This document shows, piece by piece, positions 9,902-21,325 of a DNA stretch of 64,000 nt. The translations under genes and the position numbers were made by a program. Position 1 is the first letter of the stretch. Every line of letters starts with the position of its first letter. The notes beneath the pieces are model-generated. The model was not told where the DNA came from. It saw only the letters and a program-made list of their open reading frames with translations, and searched no databases. This DNA comes from a bacterium (GTDB taxonomy: Bacteria; Patescibacteriota; Minisyncoccia; Phycocordibacterales; UBA6899), in assembly GCA_043756865.1 (NCBI GenBank), contig JAYUQG010000025.1, forward strand, positions 921 through 64,920, in the 5' to 3' direction.

Positions 9902-10062
9902 GAGCCTATCCCAATAGGAACTTTCCTGCTACAACATCCGATCTCCGGCAATGCCGCGCAAAACCCATAAAAGCCTTGTCTCGACAAGGCTTCTCGGGAT
10001 TTCGCACGTCCTTACAGCGAAGCTCGTATGTTTCGCGACGGAGGCCCTATTGGGATAGGCTC
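9902..10062. mobile_element. MITE (non-autonomous, IS5-family-like)
   Basis: Perfect 17-bp TIRs GAGCCTATCCCAATAGG / CCTATTGGGATAGGCTC, with TAA on both flanks (9899-9901, 10063-10065); no transposase. Confidence 0.75.
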
Positions 10063-10112
10063 TAAGCGCCCCGGTGGAGCGCTTTGCGTGAAGATGACAT
10101 GAGTAGCTACGT

Positions 10113-12260
<2,148 letters not shown>

Positions 12261-12467
12261 AAATAACAGATAACTATTAACTAATCACAAATAAATAAGC
12301 ATTCCTCCGCAGGAAACAAAAATGCCTCAATGGGCAGATATGGCGATACTATATAGAATATTAGCACTTAGGGCAAGCAAAATGCGCTAATCCGTAGACT
12401 ATTTACAAAATTGATTTTTTGTGTAACAATGTGTCCAGAACTTGGCCCCCTGACAAAGGAGATGTAG

Positions 12468-12773
12468 ATGCGTACTCAAACTGGTTTCACACCGTATACC
12501 TTTCATCAAAACCACACCTTCGTACTCGTTCCACCGAATGAATGCGGGGAAACCGAGCTCGGCCAAATGCGCTACGCGCAACTGCGCCATGCGCAGTCCG
12601 AACTGGTCGGCAAAACAGTGCGCATCATCGGTCCGCACATCGTGGGCTGGAATAACTGCGCGGTGGAGCGCGTGGAAGGGCTCGGTGCCACCACGTGTTT
12701 CGTACTCTTCGGCAAGAATGGCGAACGCGTCGAGGTGACCCCCGACATGGAAATCCTCGTGGAGCGCGAGTAA
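12468..12773 (+). CDS. hypothetical protein
   Basis: AAGGAG RBS; stop overlaps the next start (TAATG). Confidence 0.6.
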   Translation: MRTQTGFTPYTFHQNHTFVLVPPNECGETELGQMRYAQLRHAQSELVGKTVRIIGPHIVGWNNCAVERVEGLGATTCFVLFGKNGERVEVTPDMEILVERE

Positions 12774-12982
12774 TGCCTGAGGACACACTCTTCCCTGGCG
12801 ACAAGGTCCGCCTTCTGACGAAGCCCGACGGATGTACGTCAAAAGACCTTCCGCTCACGGTTGGAAACACATACACGTTTCGCTACTTCCTCGGAAGCTG
12901 TGTGTGCATCTCCACCGACCAAGAAGGCCTCGACGGACACATCTGGCGCGGTCGTGTCGAGCGAGTGCGCAAGGCTGCGTAA
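12773..12982 (+). CDS. small hypothetical protein (possibly SH3/KOW-like)
   Basis: MPEDTLFPGDKVRLL...; translationally coupled to the previous ORF. Confidence 0.55.
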   Translation: MPEDTLFPGDKVRLLTKPDGCTSKDLPLTVGNTYTFRYFLGSCVCISTDQEGLDGHIWRGRVERVRKAA

Positions 12983-13022
12983 CACCCACCTCAACAACCT
13001 CTCTCCGCTGAAAGGACGCGCA

Positions 13023-13451
13023 ATGAAGACCACAACCATTCGCAGTAATGTCACCACCATCATGTGGCTTGTATTCCTTACGATCCTCGCCATCGCGGTG
13101 CCTCGCACGGGACACGCTGCGGTCGAAATCACCAACGACGGCACCTGTCTGGTTTCCGGCCAAGATGCCTATGGCGCCTACATGCCGCAGGGTCACGCAA
13201 TCAATCCATGTGATGCCAAACGCGCCGAGATGACCTGTGTCGTCTCCGGAATCGACGCGTACGCTCACTACATGAAACACGGGTACGGCGTGAAGCGCTG
13301 CGTTCCCGGAATCGCCCCAACAGCCGAGATGATCCGTCGTGCTACTTGCCCCGAGATGTGGGGCACAGTCACAAACGTCAGCGACCCGCGCTGCAGAGCC
13401 GAGAACGACCGGCGCAACATACGGCACGACCCGCCACCATCACCCGAGTGA
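13023..13451 (+). CDS. secreted Cys-rich hypothetical protein
   Basis: GAAAGGA RBS, signal peptide, six Cys; terminator at about 13460-13487. Confidence 0.6.
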   Translation: MKTTTIRSNVTTIMWLVFLTILAIAVPRTGHAAVEITNDGTCLVSGQDAYGAYMPQGHAINPCDAKRAEMTCVVSGIDAYAHYMKHGYGVKRCVPGIAPTAEMIRRATCPEMWGTVTNVSDPRCRAENDRRNIRHDPPPSPE

Positions 13452-13647
13452 AGTCACTCAAAACCCCGCTCACGCGGGGTGTTTTTATTAAGAGCCCATC
13501 AAATATAAAACGGGGCATTGCTCCGCTTCAATTACTAGAAGTTGTACGCAACCCCTTCATCGCTGACTCTTGTTCGTGACTGATAGGGTATTCCAATAGT
13601 CGCGTCACAACACAAAAAAAGAGGCAGAAGCCTCTTTGGGGTGGAGG

Positions 13648-14232
13648 TTAGAACCATCCTGCTTTCGCCCACGCGATGGATTGTGCGCACAGTGATTCGA
13701 GCGAGGTATGCATCGGAAGGAGATGTGGTGCCAGACGCTCGATGTCATAGAGGACGGTGTGCAATTCACCGTTATACTTGCCGTCTGAACCAAATGCGAT
13801 GCGTAGACGTTTGTCGAGCGAGGCACGGCAGAGCCAGTAGCCGATTTCGGTTTGCGTAAATGCGCCGTACACCTTTTCCGGATAGACAATCTTTCCGTGT
13901 GCGGGAAGCCAAAACAATAATCCTCCGGTAAATGCCGCACTTTCTTGTGTCTCAAACTCCCACTCACGCTGACGCGCACACGTGCGATGGATTGCTGACG
14001 GAGGTGGATCTTCGTCGAACGCGCGCTCCATATCTTCCAAGCGCTTTGGGCAGTTGATGCGCAACAGAATTCTCTTTTCGTCCGCGCGCACATAGCGTGC
14101 AAGTATATCGATGGCGTCTTCGTGCCATGGAGGAGCATTACGAATCGGCCCCAACAGAAAAGTGTTATGCGCACCGCCGTTACAGGGTATCACCTTCGGG
14201 TAAACCACCGTTACATATGAGTCTTTGGACAT
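13648..14232 (-). CDS. nucleoside 2-deoxyribosyltransferase-like protein
   Basis: FLLGPI..W, QxxWE, LLFWLP and TxxEIG motifs. Confidence 0.65.
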   Translation of the reverse strand: MSKDSYVTVVYPKVIPCNGGAHNTFLLGPIRNAPPWHEDAIDILARYVRADEKRILLRINCPKRLEDMERAFDEDPPPSAIHRTCARQREWEFETQESAAFTGGLLFWLPAHGKIVYPEKVYGAFTQTEIGYWLCRASLDKRLRIAFGSDGKYNGELHTVLYDIERLAPHLLPMHTSLESLCAQSIAWAKAGWF

Positions 14233-14345
14233 ACGTCCCTCCTATTAAAAAACAACACTGCCTCGATACTAGCGAAAATGCGTGCCTTAGTCCACATGAG
14301 CTACTCGGGGTAATAAAAAAACAGCAACAATTGCTGTTTCAGGAT

Positions 14346-14495
14346 CTACTTGGCGCGACGCCAGACAAAGAAAGACGCAATTGCAAGTATGGCGGTAGTG
14401 CTATACGCCGCCCACGGCGGGATATGTCCGTGCACATGCCCCCAGATATTCATAGCCCACAGTATGACGAGACAAAGAAGACCTATTCCGCGCAT
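14346..14495 (-). CDS. 49-aa two-helix membrane microprotein (below ORF-track cutoff)
   Basis: MRGIGLLCLVILWAMNIWGHVHGHIPPWAAYSTTAILAIASFFVWRRAK; GAAAGGA RBS; terminator at 14313-14340. Confidence 0.6.
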   Translation of the reverse strand: MRGIGLLCLVILWAMNIWGHVHGHIPPWAAYSTTAILAIASFFVWRRAK

Positions 14496-14751
14496 GCATG
14501 TCCTTTCTGTGGACGTTGACTGGACTTACGCTACTCTTCCCAAAAGCAAAGTCAATATGAGCGATTTATACTTACGCTGTTTCCGCACTATATTAGGAAT
14601 AGTACACCGTAAAGAAAAATTGGGCGCACTTCGAGTGCTACAGTTGCACATTGGAGGAACTCATCGCGGAGGCGATTGAACTGTTGGCAGGCAAGGGGTG
14701 GACCAGAAAGTGCGAGTAGTATGAAGTGCCAAGGACGAAGGCGGGGCGATT

Positions 14752-15063
14752 TTAAAATACCCCAAATAGCATCAGGAGCTGAAGAACCCAGATTGGTGAA
14801 GTGATGAGCAGCAACAGCAAAATTCGTTTCCAGACAGTTGCAGGCTTTTTTTCAGTTTGCGCCTCACTATTTGTTTCTATTTTAGCACCCTTATGTCTTG
14901 ATTCTATGATTGCAGACACAATAACAGCAATAAATAACATGACTAAAATCGGGAAAAGAATCACGGCAACCCCAAGCGCATTTTCACCATATAAATAAAT
15001 AACTGAGTAATAAAAAATTATTCCCACAAGAAAGGCTGCAATAAGTTTTATTGTATTCCCCAT
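14752..15063 (-). CDS. membrane hypothetical protein
   Basis: Three hydrophobic segments; visibly AT-rich. Confidence 0.65.
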   Translation of the reverse strand: MGNTIKLIAAFLVGIIFYYSVIYLYGENALGVAVILFPILVMLFIAVIVSAIIESRHKGAKIETNSEAQTEKKPATVWKRILLLLLITSPIWVLQLLMLFGVF

Positions 15064-15256
15064 GCGACCATTATAGCAAAAGTTGGCAAGTACGTAACTG
15101 GTAGCTTAAATTGAGCATTTCATCTTGGGGATAAGCATCAGAACTGCGACAAAGCGCGAGGAGGCAAATAAAATCAGGCACATGCTGTACATATGAGTAC
15201 TGCATGTGCCTGATTTTATGTAGTCGACAATGCGATTTGCGAAAAACAGAAACAAT

Positions 15257-15727
15257 TTACCAAGCGAAGTGAGCGAAGGCTTTGTTGGCCTCAGCCATCT
15301 TGTGCACATTCTCGCGCTTTTTAATTGCCTCACCCTCATTTTTGGATGCAGCGATTATTTCGTCGGCAAGCTTCTTTGCCATTGGTGCTCCCTTCTTTGA
15401 GCGAGCGGCGTCGATGATCCAGCGGAGCGCGAGAAACATACGGCGTTCTGGGCGAACTTCGCGAGGAACCTGATAGTTGGCGCCTCCCACGCGGCGTGAG
15501 CGGATTTCCATGATAGGACCTGCGTTCCTGAGTGCATCCTTGTAGGTTTGCATTGGGTCCTCAGTCTTTAATTGCTTCTTGATTTCTTCAAAGGCGTCGT
15601 AGACAACCTTCTCGGCGATAGTCTTCTTTCCACTCCACATCACGTAGTTGACGAGAGTTGAAACTTCGACTGATTTATACATTGCGTCGGGCTGGCGAAT
15701 GTTTCGATTTTTGACTGGTCTGCGCAT
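15257..15727 (-). CDS. rpsG: 30S ribosomal protein S7
   Basis: SRRVGGANYQVP and HKMAEANKAFAHF motifs. Confidence 0.99.
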   Translation of the reverse strand: MRRPVKNRNIRQPDAMYKSVEVSTLVNYVMWSGKKTIAEKVVYDAFEEIKKQLKTEDPMQTYKDALRNAGPIMEIRSRRVGGANYQVPREVRPERRMFLALRWIIDAARSKKGAPMAKKLADEIIAASKNEGEAIKKRENVHKMAEANKAFAHFAW

Positions 15728-15942
15728 AGAATTATTTTTTTACGTCTGGTTTTTCCCGCAAGTCGTCGGTACTCCAGAGCGTTATTTATTTCTGTAATGA
15801 CTTGAGCTAACTAATGTACAAATAACTGTTCAGCCTCGATGCGACATGAGGACTTGATCTGACGTGCTGTTTGGGAAGACCTATTTGTATAGGGCGACCA
15901 AACTCACAAGAGGAAAGTCGAGTAGCGCGCGAGAATGGACGA

Positions 15943-16359
15943 CTATTTTTTGGCTTCTGGGCGCTTGGCGCCGTAGAGAGACCGTCCCTGCCTACGCTTG
16001 TCGACACCGGCAGCGTCGAGGCGTCCACGAACGATATGGTAGCGAAGACCAAGGTCCTTCACACGACCACCACGAACAATGACCACGGAGTGCTCCTGTA
16101 GCTTGTGTCCTTCTCCCGGAATATATGCAGTGATTTCCATACCATTGGTAAGGCGTACGCGTGCAATCTTTCGGATAGCGGAGTTCGGCTTACGAGGTGT
16201 CATGGTAGTGACCTTCGTGCAAACACCGCGCTTAAATGGTGACGAGAAGAAGATGGGGCGATTCTGAATCGTGTTGAAACCACGACCCATGGCGCCTGCC
16301 TTCGACTTTCTCACACTCATTTTTCTGCTCTTTTTTACGAGTTGATTTATTGTAGGCAT
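15943..16359 (-). CDS. rpsL: 30S ribosomal protein S12
   Basis: [13 protein letters not shown] and RGGRVKDL motifs. Confidence 0.99.
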   Translation of the reverse strand: MPTINQLVKKSRKMSVRKSKAGAMGRGFNTIQNRPIFFSSPFKRGVCTKVTTMTPRKPNSAIRKIARVRLTNGMEITAYIPGEGHKLQEHSVVIVRGGRVKDLGLRYHIVRGRLDAAGVDKRRQGRSLYGAKRPEAKK

Positions 16360-16540
16360 AACAATTCTTTTTAATAACACCCGCCCATTTGCTCGCCAGC
16401 CGGAGTCTCATTGGTACAAGACTCACACGATCAAAGAGAAACACTCTACTACATAACTTTATAGAGAGCATTGGGTAGGGGTAATCTATCCTTTATTCGC
16501 CGAAAACGCAATACTGCGCTCAACCTAGCGAGGTTGGGGT

Positions 16541-16640
16541 AAAAAAAGCGAGCCCCAAGGAGGAGCCCGCAGTGCGACTGCCAAGAACTGAGCGGTTCGG
16601 GTACTAGCCGACACGGTCAATCCCCCGTTTTGCGTGAGAC
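16541..16640 (-). ncRNA. candidate structured RNA or cis-regulatory leader
   Basis: TTGACA-16-CATAAT promoter (16671-16644), GC-rich ~100-nt non-coding tract, terminal hairpin plus U7. Confidence 0.35.
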
Positions 16641-16671
16641 TTCATTATGTATATTTAATTGAATGTGTCAA

Positions 16672-17289
16672 CTATCCTACCAAGAACAACTCAATGAAAG
16701 AGACCAATGGGACAATTAATTGCCAGAGGAAAAACACAAAAAAGAGAAAAAGCACCATGGAATAACGCTCTAAATAGTCTGCAACATAGCGCAAACGCAG
16801 CGGGAGGGCGTTAAAAAGAACTTTTGAGCCATCCAACGGAGGAATGGGGACGAGGTTGAACACTGCAAGGCCTACATTTATATGCACAATGGTGTACATC
16901 AGCCATAACATGTCGCCAGTAAGAAAATCACCTGAAGCGCGAAGGATCATAGCAAAAATGACGGCAATACCGATATTGGTGAGGGGTCCCGCTAAGGCAA
17001 CCTTGGCGTCACCCCACTTTTGGTCCCTCAGGTTGTAGGGATTGTACGGCACAGGCTTTGCCCAGCCAATAACAAAGCCCCCAGCAGTGAGAAAAAACAG
17101 GGATATTGGCACAAGAAATGAGCCAAATGGGTCTAAGTGCTTGATAGGATTTGCGGTAAGACGCCCCGCCAAGCGCGCAGTCGGGTCGCCCAAGTATTGC
17201 GCCATGTACCCGTGTGACACTTCGTGTGCAACGACGGAAAACACGAGCACAGCCAACGAAAACACCATTTGTATAATATCGACTTGCAT
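16672..17289 (-). CDS. site-2 protease (M50)
   Basis: HEVSH and NLVPIPPLDGSK motifs. Confidence 0.95.
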   Translation of the reverse strand: MQVDIIQMVFSLAVLVFSVVAHEVSHGYMAQYLGDPTARLAGRLTANPIKHLDPFGSFLVPISLFFLTAGGFVIGWAKPVPYNPYNLRDQKWGDAKVALAGPLTNIGIAVIFAMILRASGDFLTGDMLWLMYTIVHINVGLAVFNLVPIPPLDGSKVLFNALPLRLRYVADYLERYSMVLFLFFVFFLWQLIVPLVSFIELFLVG

Positions 17290-17334
17290 GTGGAATCCTC
17301 ACATGATAGCATGGCGGTCACTAAAGAAAAACGT

Positions 17335-17556
17335 ATGGCAACTACGAATATATGTAAACTCTGCAATAAAGGATCCCGGATGGCTGGCGGTTATTCGAAT
17401 GAAGTTCGTGCAACCAAATTCAATCCTACGGGAAATAAGCGCAAGTATCCAAATCTACAATGGGTACCACTTCCTCTCGCACTCGGTGGTGGACGAATCA
17501 AGGTTTGCACACGCTGTATGAAGGCAAATAAGCAGCTTGAACTCAAGACTAAATAA
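17335..17556 (+). CDS. rpmB: 50S ribosomal protein L28
   Basis: CxxC..KRKYPNLQ..IKVCTRCMK; start moved to ATG17335. Confidence 0.85.
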   Translation: MATTNICKLCNKGSRMAGGYSNEVRATKFNPTGNKRKYPNLQWVPLPLALGGGRIKVCTRCMKANKQLELKTK

Positions 17557-17631
17557 AAAAACTGCGTAGGCGGTTTTTTTTTACAAAAAAAGCCCCGCCG
17601 AAGCGGGGCTTTGCTCATGAAGAGCAGGTTA

Positions 17632-18423
17632 CTACTTGCCGAGGAGTGCCGCCAGTTTTTCGCCGAATGCCGTCGAAGCAGAGGCCGGCACGTTGCGAGG
17701 ATCTTCGATCTCGCGTGCCGCACAGACGATGCCGAGCATGTCGCCGTACTGGCGTGGAGTGCTGTCGGGAGTTTCAACATCAGAGCCCGAGAACAAATCC
17801 TCGAGTACTTGGCTGTCGAGGACTTCGCCGGAGACTTCGGAGAGTGGCTGGTCGTCCATGCTGACAGTATGTTGCATGGGCTTGCCCTTGCTTGCGCCCT
17901 TGAACACGAGGGCGAGATTCGCTTCAGCCTTCTCGACAGTCGGATTGTCATAGAGTTCCATGTAATCCCACACTTCAGCGGCAAGTGCGCCGAAGAGCGA
18001 GCGCAGGGCTTGCTCCGCCTCCACCGTGTCGGCTTGCGCGTTCACGCTGTTGTCGCGCCACCAGAATGTGATGACCGCACGGTACCCCTTCTGAGTCTGA
18101 ATGCGCTCCCAATAAGCATCGACGAGGACGCGGTCCGCGAAGCTTGCCTTGTCGAGGCTGGCCGAGTGGAGGTGTCCCGTGAACTTGTACGGCTCGCCCG
18201 TATCACGGTTGTAGCGGGTGTAGGTGAATTCGAAGCCTTCGCCGGTGTAGCCTTCTGACGCAGCGAAACCGCCGTTGTTGTGGTTGCGACGGAGCCAGCG
18301 GGGGACCTCGTGCAGCTGCACGCGGAAACTCGTGTGGATGATTCCCGAGGAGGGGACGTCACCGCCGAGGTAGTGTTGCATTGCGGGACGGGTGGATGCG
18401 GGAACGAACTTGTTGGCTTGCAT
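17632..18423 (-). CDS. hypothetical protein
   Basis: GAAAGGA RBS, GC-rich codons, terminator at about 17585-17612. Confidence 0.7.
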   Translation of the reverse strand: MQANKFVPASTRPAMQHYLGGDVPSSGIIHTSFRVQLHEVPRWLRRNHNNGGFAASEGYTGEGFEFTYTRYNRDTGEPYKFTGHLHSASLDKASFADRVLVDAYWERIQTQKGYRAVITFWWRDNSVNAQADTVEAEQALRSLFGALAAEVWDYMELYDNPTVEKAEANLALVFKGASKGKPMQHTVSMDDQPLSEVSGEVLDSQVLEDLFSGSDVETPDSTPRQYGDMLGIVCAAREIEDPRNVPASASTAFGEKLAALLGK

Positions 18424-18573
18424 GGCAAGATCCTTTCAGTAAAAACGTGTTGACGAAGAACTGACTCTTGGTTGCGCTTAGTAACGCATACTTATTATAT
18501 CAGATATATGTGAAAAAGTCAATTATATTCCTACGCATAAAAATGGCTCAGCATAGCCACGTAGATATATCTT

Positions 18574-19449
18574 CTATTTTCTGATCACCACCGTCCCGTC
18601 ACTTTCAAATACTATCCGTTTCTCCTCATGCGTAATAAGCGTCGTGACTGCTGTTTTTGCAAGGGTATCAATAACTTCTTTGTGCGGATGTCCATAACTA
18701 TTCTCTTTTCCTGCGGAGATAACCGCCACATCGGGCTGTACTGCGGCAAGCCAGTATGGTGAGGTCGATGTACGTGAACCATGATGTCCAATCTTGACTA
18801 CATTGGCGCGCAACTGCTCACCATACACACCCACTAAATATTCTTCGATATGTTTCGGTAGGTCACCAGAGAGGAGAAAAGAAGTTTCGCCATAGCGAAT
18901 GAGAAGCACTATAGATGCACTATTTGTTTCCATGTCTGTCGTATCATGGTCGGGGTACAACACTTCCGCAACTGCCCCTCCACCCAAATCTATCAGCATG
19001 CCTTTCTTTGCTATAAAGTGTGCTGCACCTTCTCGCACAATTGCCGCCTGACTTTCGTCATACACACCATTTGTCGATGTAACCCCCGGTTCAAGTGCGA
19101 CCGCAATTGCGTAACGTTTAAATACTTCAGGGAACCCTCCGATGTGATCCATGTCAGGATGGGACAAAACGACAACATCGATAGAGCGGTCCCAAAAAGG
19201 AAGTTCGTCCGCAAGCGCGCGGAGCGTTGCGCCTGTCGGTGGGCCGGCATCATAGAGTATCTGATTTCCTGTTGGTCCTTGAATGAGGACTGCGTCACCT
19301 TGCCCCACATTGAGAAACGAAACGCGGAGCACGTTTGATTGTGTGTGCATCGCGATACCAAGGAGCAGTACATCGATGAGTGCGAAACAACACACCACCA
19401 CAATCAGGGGGTGACGCCGCAGCCACCTTAGTGTGCCCTGCTTTTTCAT
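18574..19449 (-). CDS. ComEC/Rec2-type MBL-fold nuclease (stand-alone)
   Basis: VGQGDA, SHPDMDHIGG, GHHGSRTS and NSYGHPH motifs. Confidence 0.92.
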   Translation of the reverse strand: MKKQGTLRWLRRHPLIVVVCCFALIDVLLLGIAMHTQSNVLRVSFLNVGQGDAVLIQGPTGNQILYDAGPPTGATLRALADELPFWDRSIDVVVLSHPDMDHIGGFPEVFKRYAIAVALEPGVTSTNGVYDESQAAIVREGAAHFIAKKGMLIDLGGGAVAEVLYPDHDTTDMETNSASIVLLIRYGETSFLLSGDLPKHIEEYLVGVYGEQLRANVVKIGHHGSRTSTSPYWLAAVQPDVAVISAGKENSYGHPHKEVIDTLAKTAVTTLITHEEKRIVFESDGTVVIRK

Positions 19450-19560
19450 GCACCCAGACTAACACGTGATGGTAAGTAAGGAGGGACTGGACAGAATCTA
19501 AAAATGTGTTAATCTGCGTTTAGTAGCTCATACTCATTCAACTCACAGAAAGGAACTCCC

Positions 19561-20607
19561 GTGGCAGATCACAAGGCGATTACCCTCCTCACTTCCCCCT
19601 CGATGCTCTATCTGGCAGAGCCGATTCATGCCGCACTCCATCAGCTGGGAGTCGACTGCGGAAAACTGCTGACGGTCAAGTACGACCAATTCGCTGATGG
19701 CGAGTTCAAGGCATTCATTCCTGAGTCCATCCGAAACACGCACGTCTATTTCGTGCACTCGTTTTTCCCCGACACCAACAGGGGTATCTGGGAATTGTTT
19801 CAGGTGAATGATGCACTGCGGCGTGCGGATGCCGACTCGTTCAGCGACGTGCTTCCATACTTTGCGTGTGCAAGACAAGACCGCAGAAAGCCGCGTGAGC
19901 CGATTACTGCTGCACTCTTGGCCAGCATCCTTGCTTCACAGGGTGTGCGAAGATTGTTCACCATCGACTTGCATGCCGACCAGATTCAGGGATTTTTCCC
20001 CGGACCGTTCGACAACCTCTTCGGTGAAGATATCTTTCTTCCGTACTTCCTCACCAAGCACTCGAGTGCATCTGATGTCGTTGCAATTGCCGCAGACGTC
20101 GGAGGTGGCAAGCGCGTACGCGCTTTTGCACGAAGGGTTGCAGAAGCCCTCGGAATGACGGAGCCGGTACCATTTGGCATCATCGACAAAGATCGCGTAC
20201 ACGCGAACGAAATCGAAGGGATGGCATACGGAGCAGGGCCGAGTGTGCGAGGTAAGCACGTTTGGATTAGCGAAGACATGATTGACACCGGCGGAACTGC
20301 GCTCAAGGCAGGACGATTGCTCCTCGATCAGGGAGCAGCCTCAGCAACAATCATGGCGACACATCCGGTGTTCAGCCCCAAGCTCGACAAAGTCACAGGG
20401 CTACGTACTGCCGAGGAGAAGTTCGCACGAAGCGGCATTAACGTTGTGGTTGCAAAAACCATTCCGCGTGACGCAGCGTACTACGAAGCACACAAAACGT
20501 GGCTTACTCCTTTAGACATTGATGCGCTCTTTGCAGATGCCATCTACCAATCGACCCTCATTCGTGGAAGCGTGAGCGGTGTCTCGAGAACGAAAAAGAA
20601 AAAATAA
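19561..20607 (+). CDS. prs: ribose-phosphate pyrophosphokinase family protein
   Basis: FADGE, PYFACARQDR, DLHADQIQGFF and EDMIDTGGT motifs. Confidence 0.9.
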   Translation: MADHKAITLLTSPSMLYLAEPIHAALHQLGVDCGKLLTVKYDQFADGEFKAFIPESIRNTHVYFVHSFFPDTNRGIWELFQVNDALRRADADSFSDVLPYFACARQDRRKPREPITAALLASILASQGVRRLFTIDLHADQIQGFFPGPFDNLFGEDIFLPYFLTKHSSASDVVAIAADVGGGKRVRAFARRVAEALGMTEPVPFGIIDKDRVHANEIEGMAYGAGPSVRGKHVWISEDMIDTGGTALKAGRLLLDQGAASATIMATHPVFSPKLDKVTGLRTAEEKFARSGINVVVAKTIPRDAAYYEAHKTWLTPLDIDALFADAIYQSTLIRGSVSGVSRTKKKK

Positions 20608-20641
20608 AAACACCGCCGAACTTTTGTTCGGCGGTTTTACT

Positions 20642-21184
20642 TTATACGACAATCGCGTACATCCACGAGTCGCGATAGCGTCCATCCTTCAGCCATTCCT
20701 TGCGGTGAATTCCTTCAAGGGCGAAACCTGCTTTCTTCAATACTGACTGCGAAGCGTAATTCCCGTCATGGGTATACGCCCAGATGCGCAGAAAACCACA
20801 CTCGCGAAGCCCGAATCGCACGAGCATACGCACTGCCTCAGCCATGACGCCGCGACCTTGGAAGTCCTGACCGAGCCAATAGGAAAGCTGTGCTTTGTGA
20901 CCCTCGATATTGATGAACGCCACCGAGCCAACGAGTTTGCCGTCGACATCGATAGCGAAGTCAATTCGCTGCGCAAATCGATTTGTGCGCTCACGACTCA
21001 AGTGTGTTATCCAAGATTCGGCATGCACCAGCGTGTACGGATTTGGCACATTGGAGACACGGTCGGCAATGTGCGATGAGTTAATTTGTGCCACAAGGTC
21101 AGTCGAATCGCTTTCGCGAAACGGGCGGAGTGCGAAGCAGCCTTGTGCCTCAACTAACTCAGGAAGAGTTTCCAGTGTAAGCAT
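20642..21184 (-). CDS. GNAT acetyltransferase (RimJ/RimL-like)
   Basis: YWLGQDFQGRGVM and NYASQSVLKKAGF motifs. Confidence 0.9.
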   Translation of the reverse strand: MLTLETLPELVEAQGCFALRPFRESDSTDLVAQINSSHIADRVSNVPNPYTLVHAESWITHLSRERTNRFAQRIDFAIDVDGKLVGSVAFINIEGHKAQLSYWLGQDFQGRGVMAEAVRMLVRFGLRECGFLRIWAYTHDGNYASQSVLKKAGFALEGIHRKEWLKDGRYRDSWMYAIVV

Positions 21185-21325
21185 CAGGGGCCTTTCGGAA
21201 GTGAAGTTCTATAAATACGATGCACTATTTTTCGCCTTTTGTCAATTGCATGTATTGACAAAAGCCAATTAGTGTTTTAGTTTTTGTATATACGTTCTTC
21301 TCATTTCTGTCATGGAGACACACGC

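Noticed and set aside
14097-14679. Plus-strand ORFs of 140 and 109 aa
   Set aside because: They overlap better-supported minus-strand genes and cross a terminator.
16605-16627. GGGGGATTGACCGTGTCG resembles a tmRNA 5' end
   Set aside because: No matching T-arm/acceptor 3' end or tag ORF nearby.
17391-18258. Alternative ORFs overlapping 17632-18423
   Set aside because: Only the 263-aa minus-strand ORF has an RBS and a fitting terminator.
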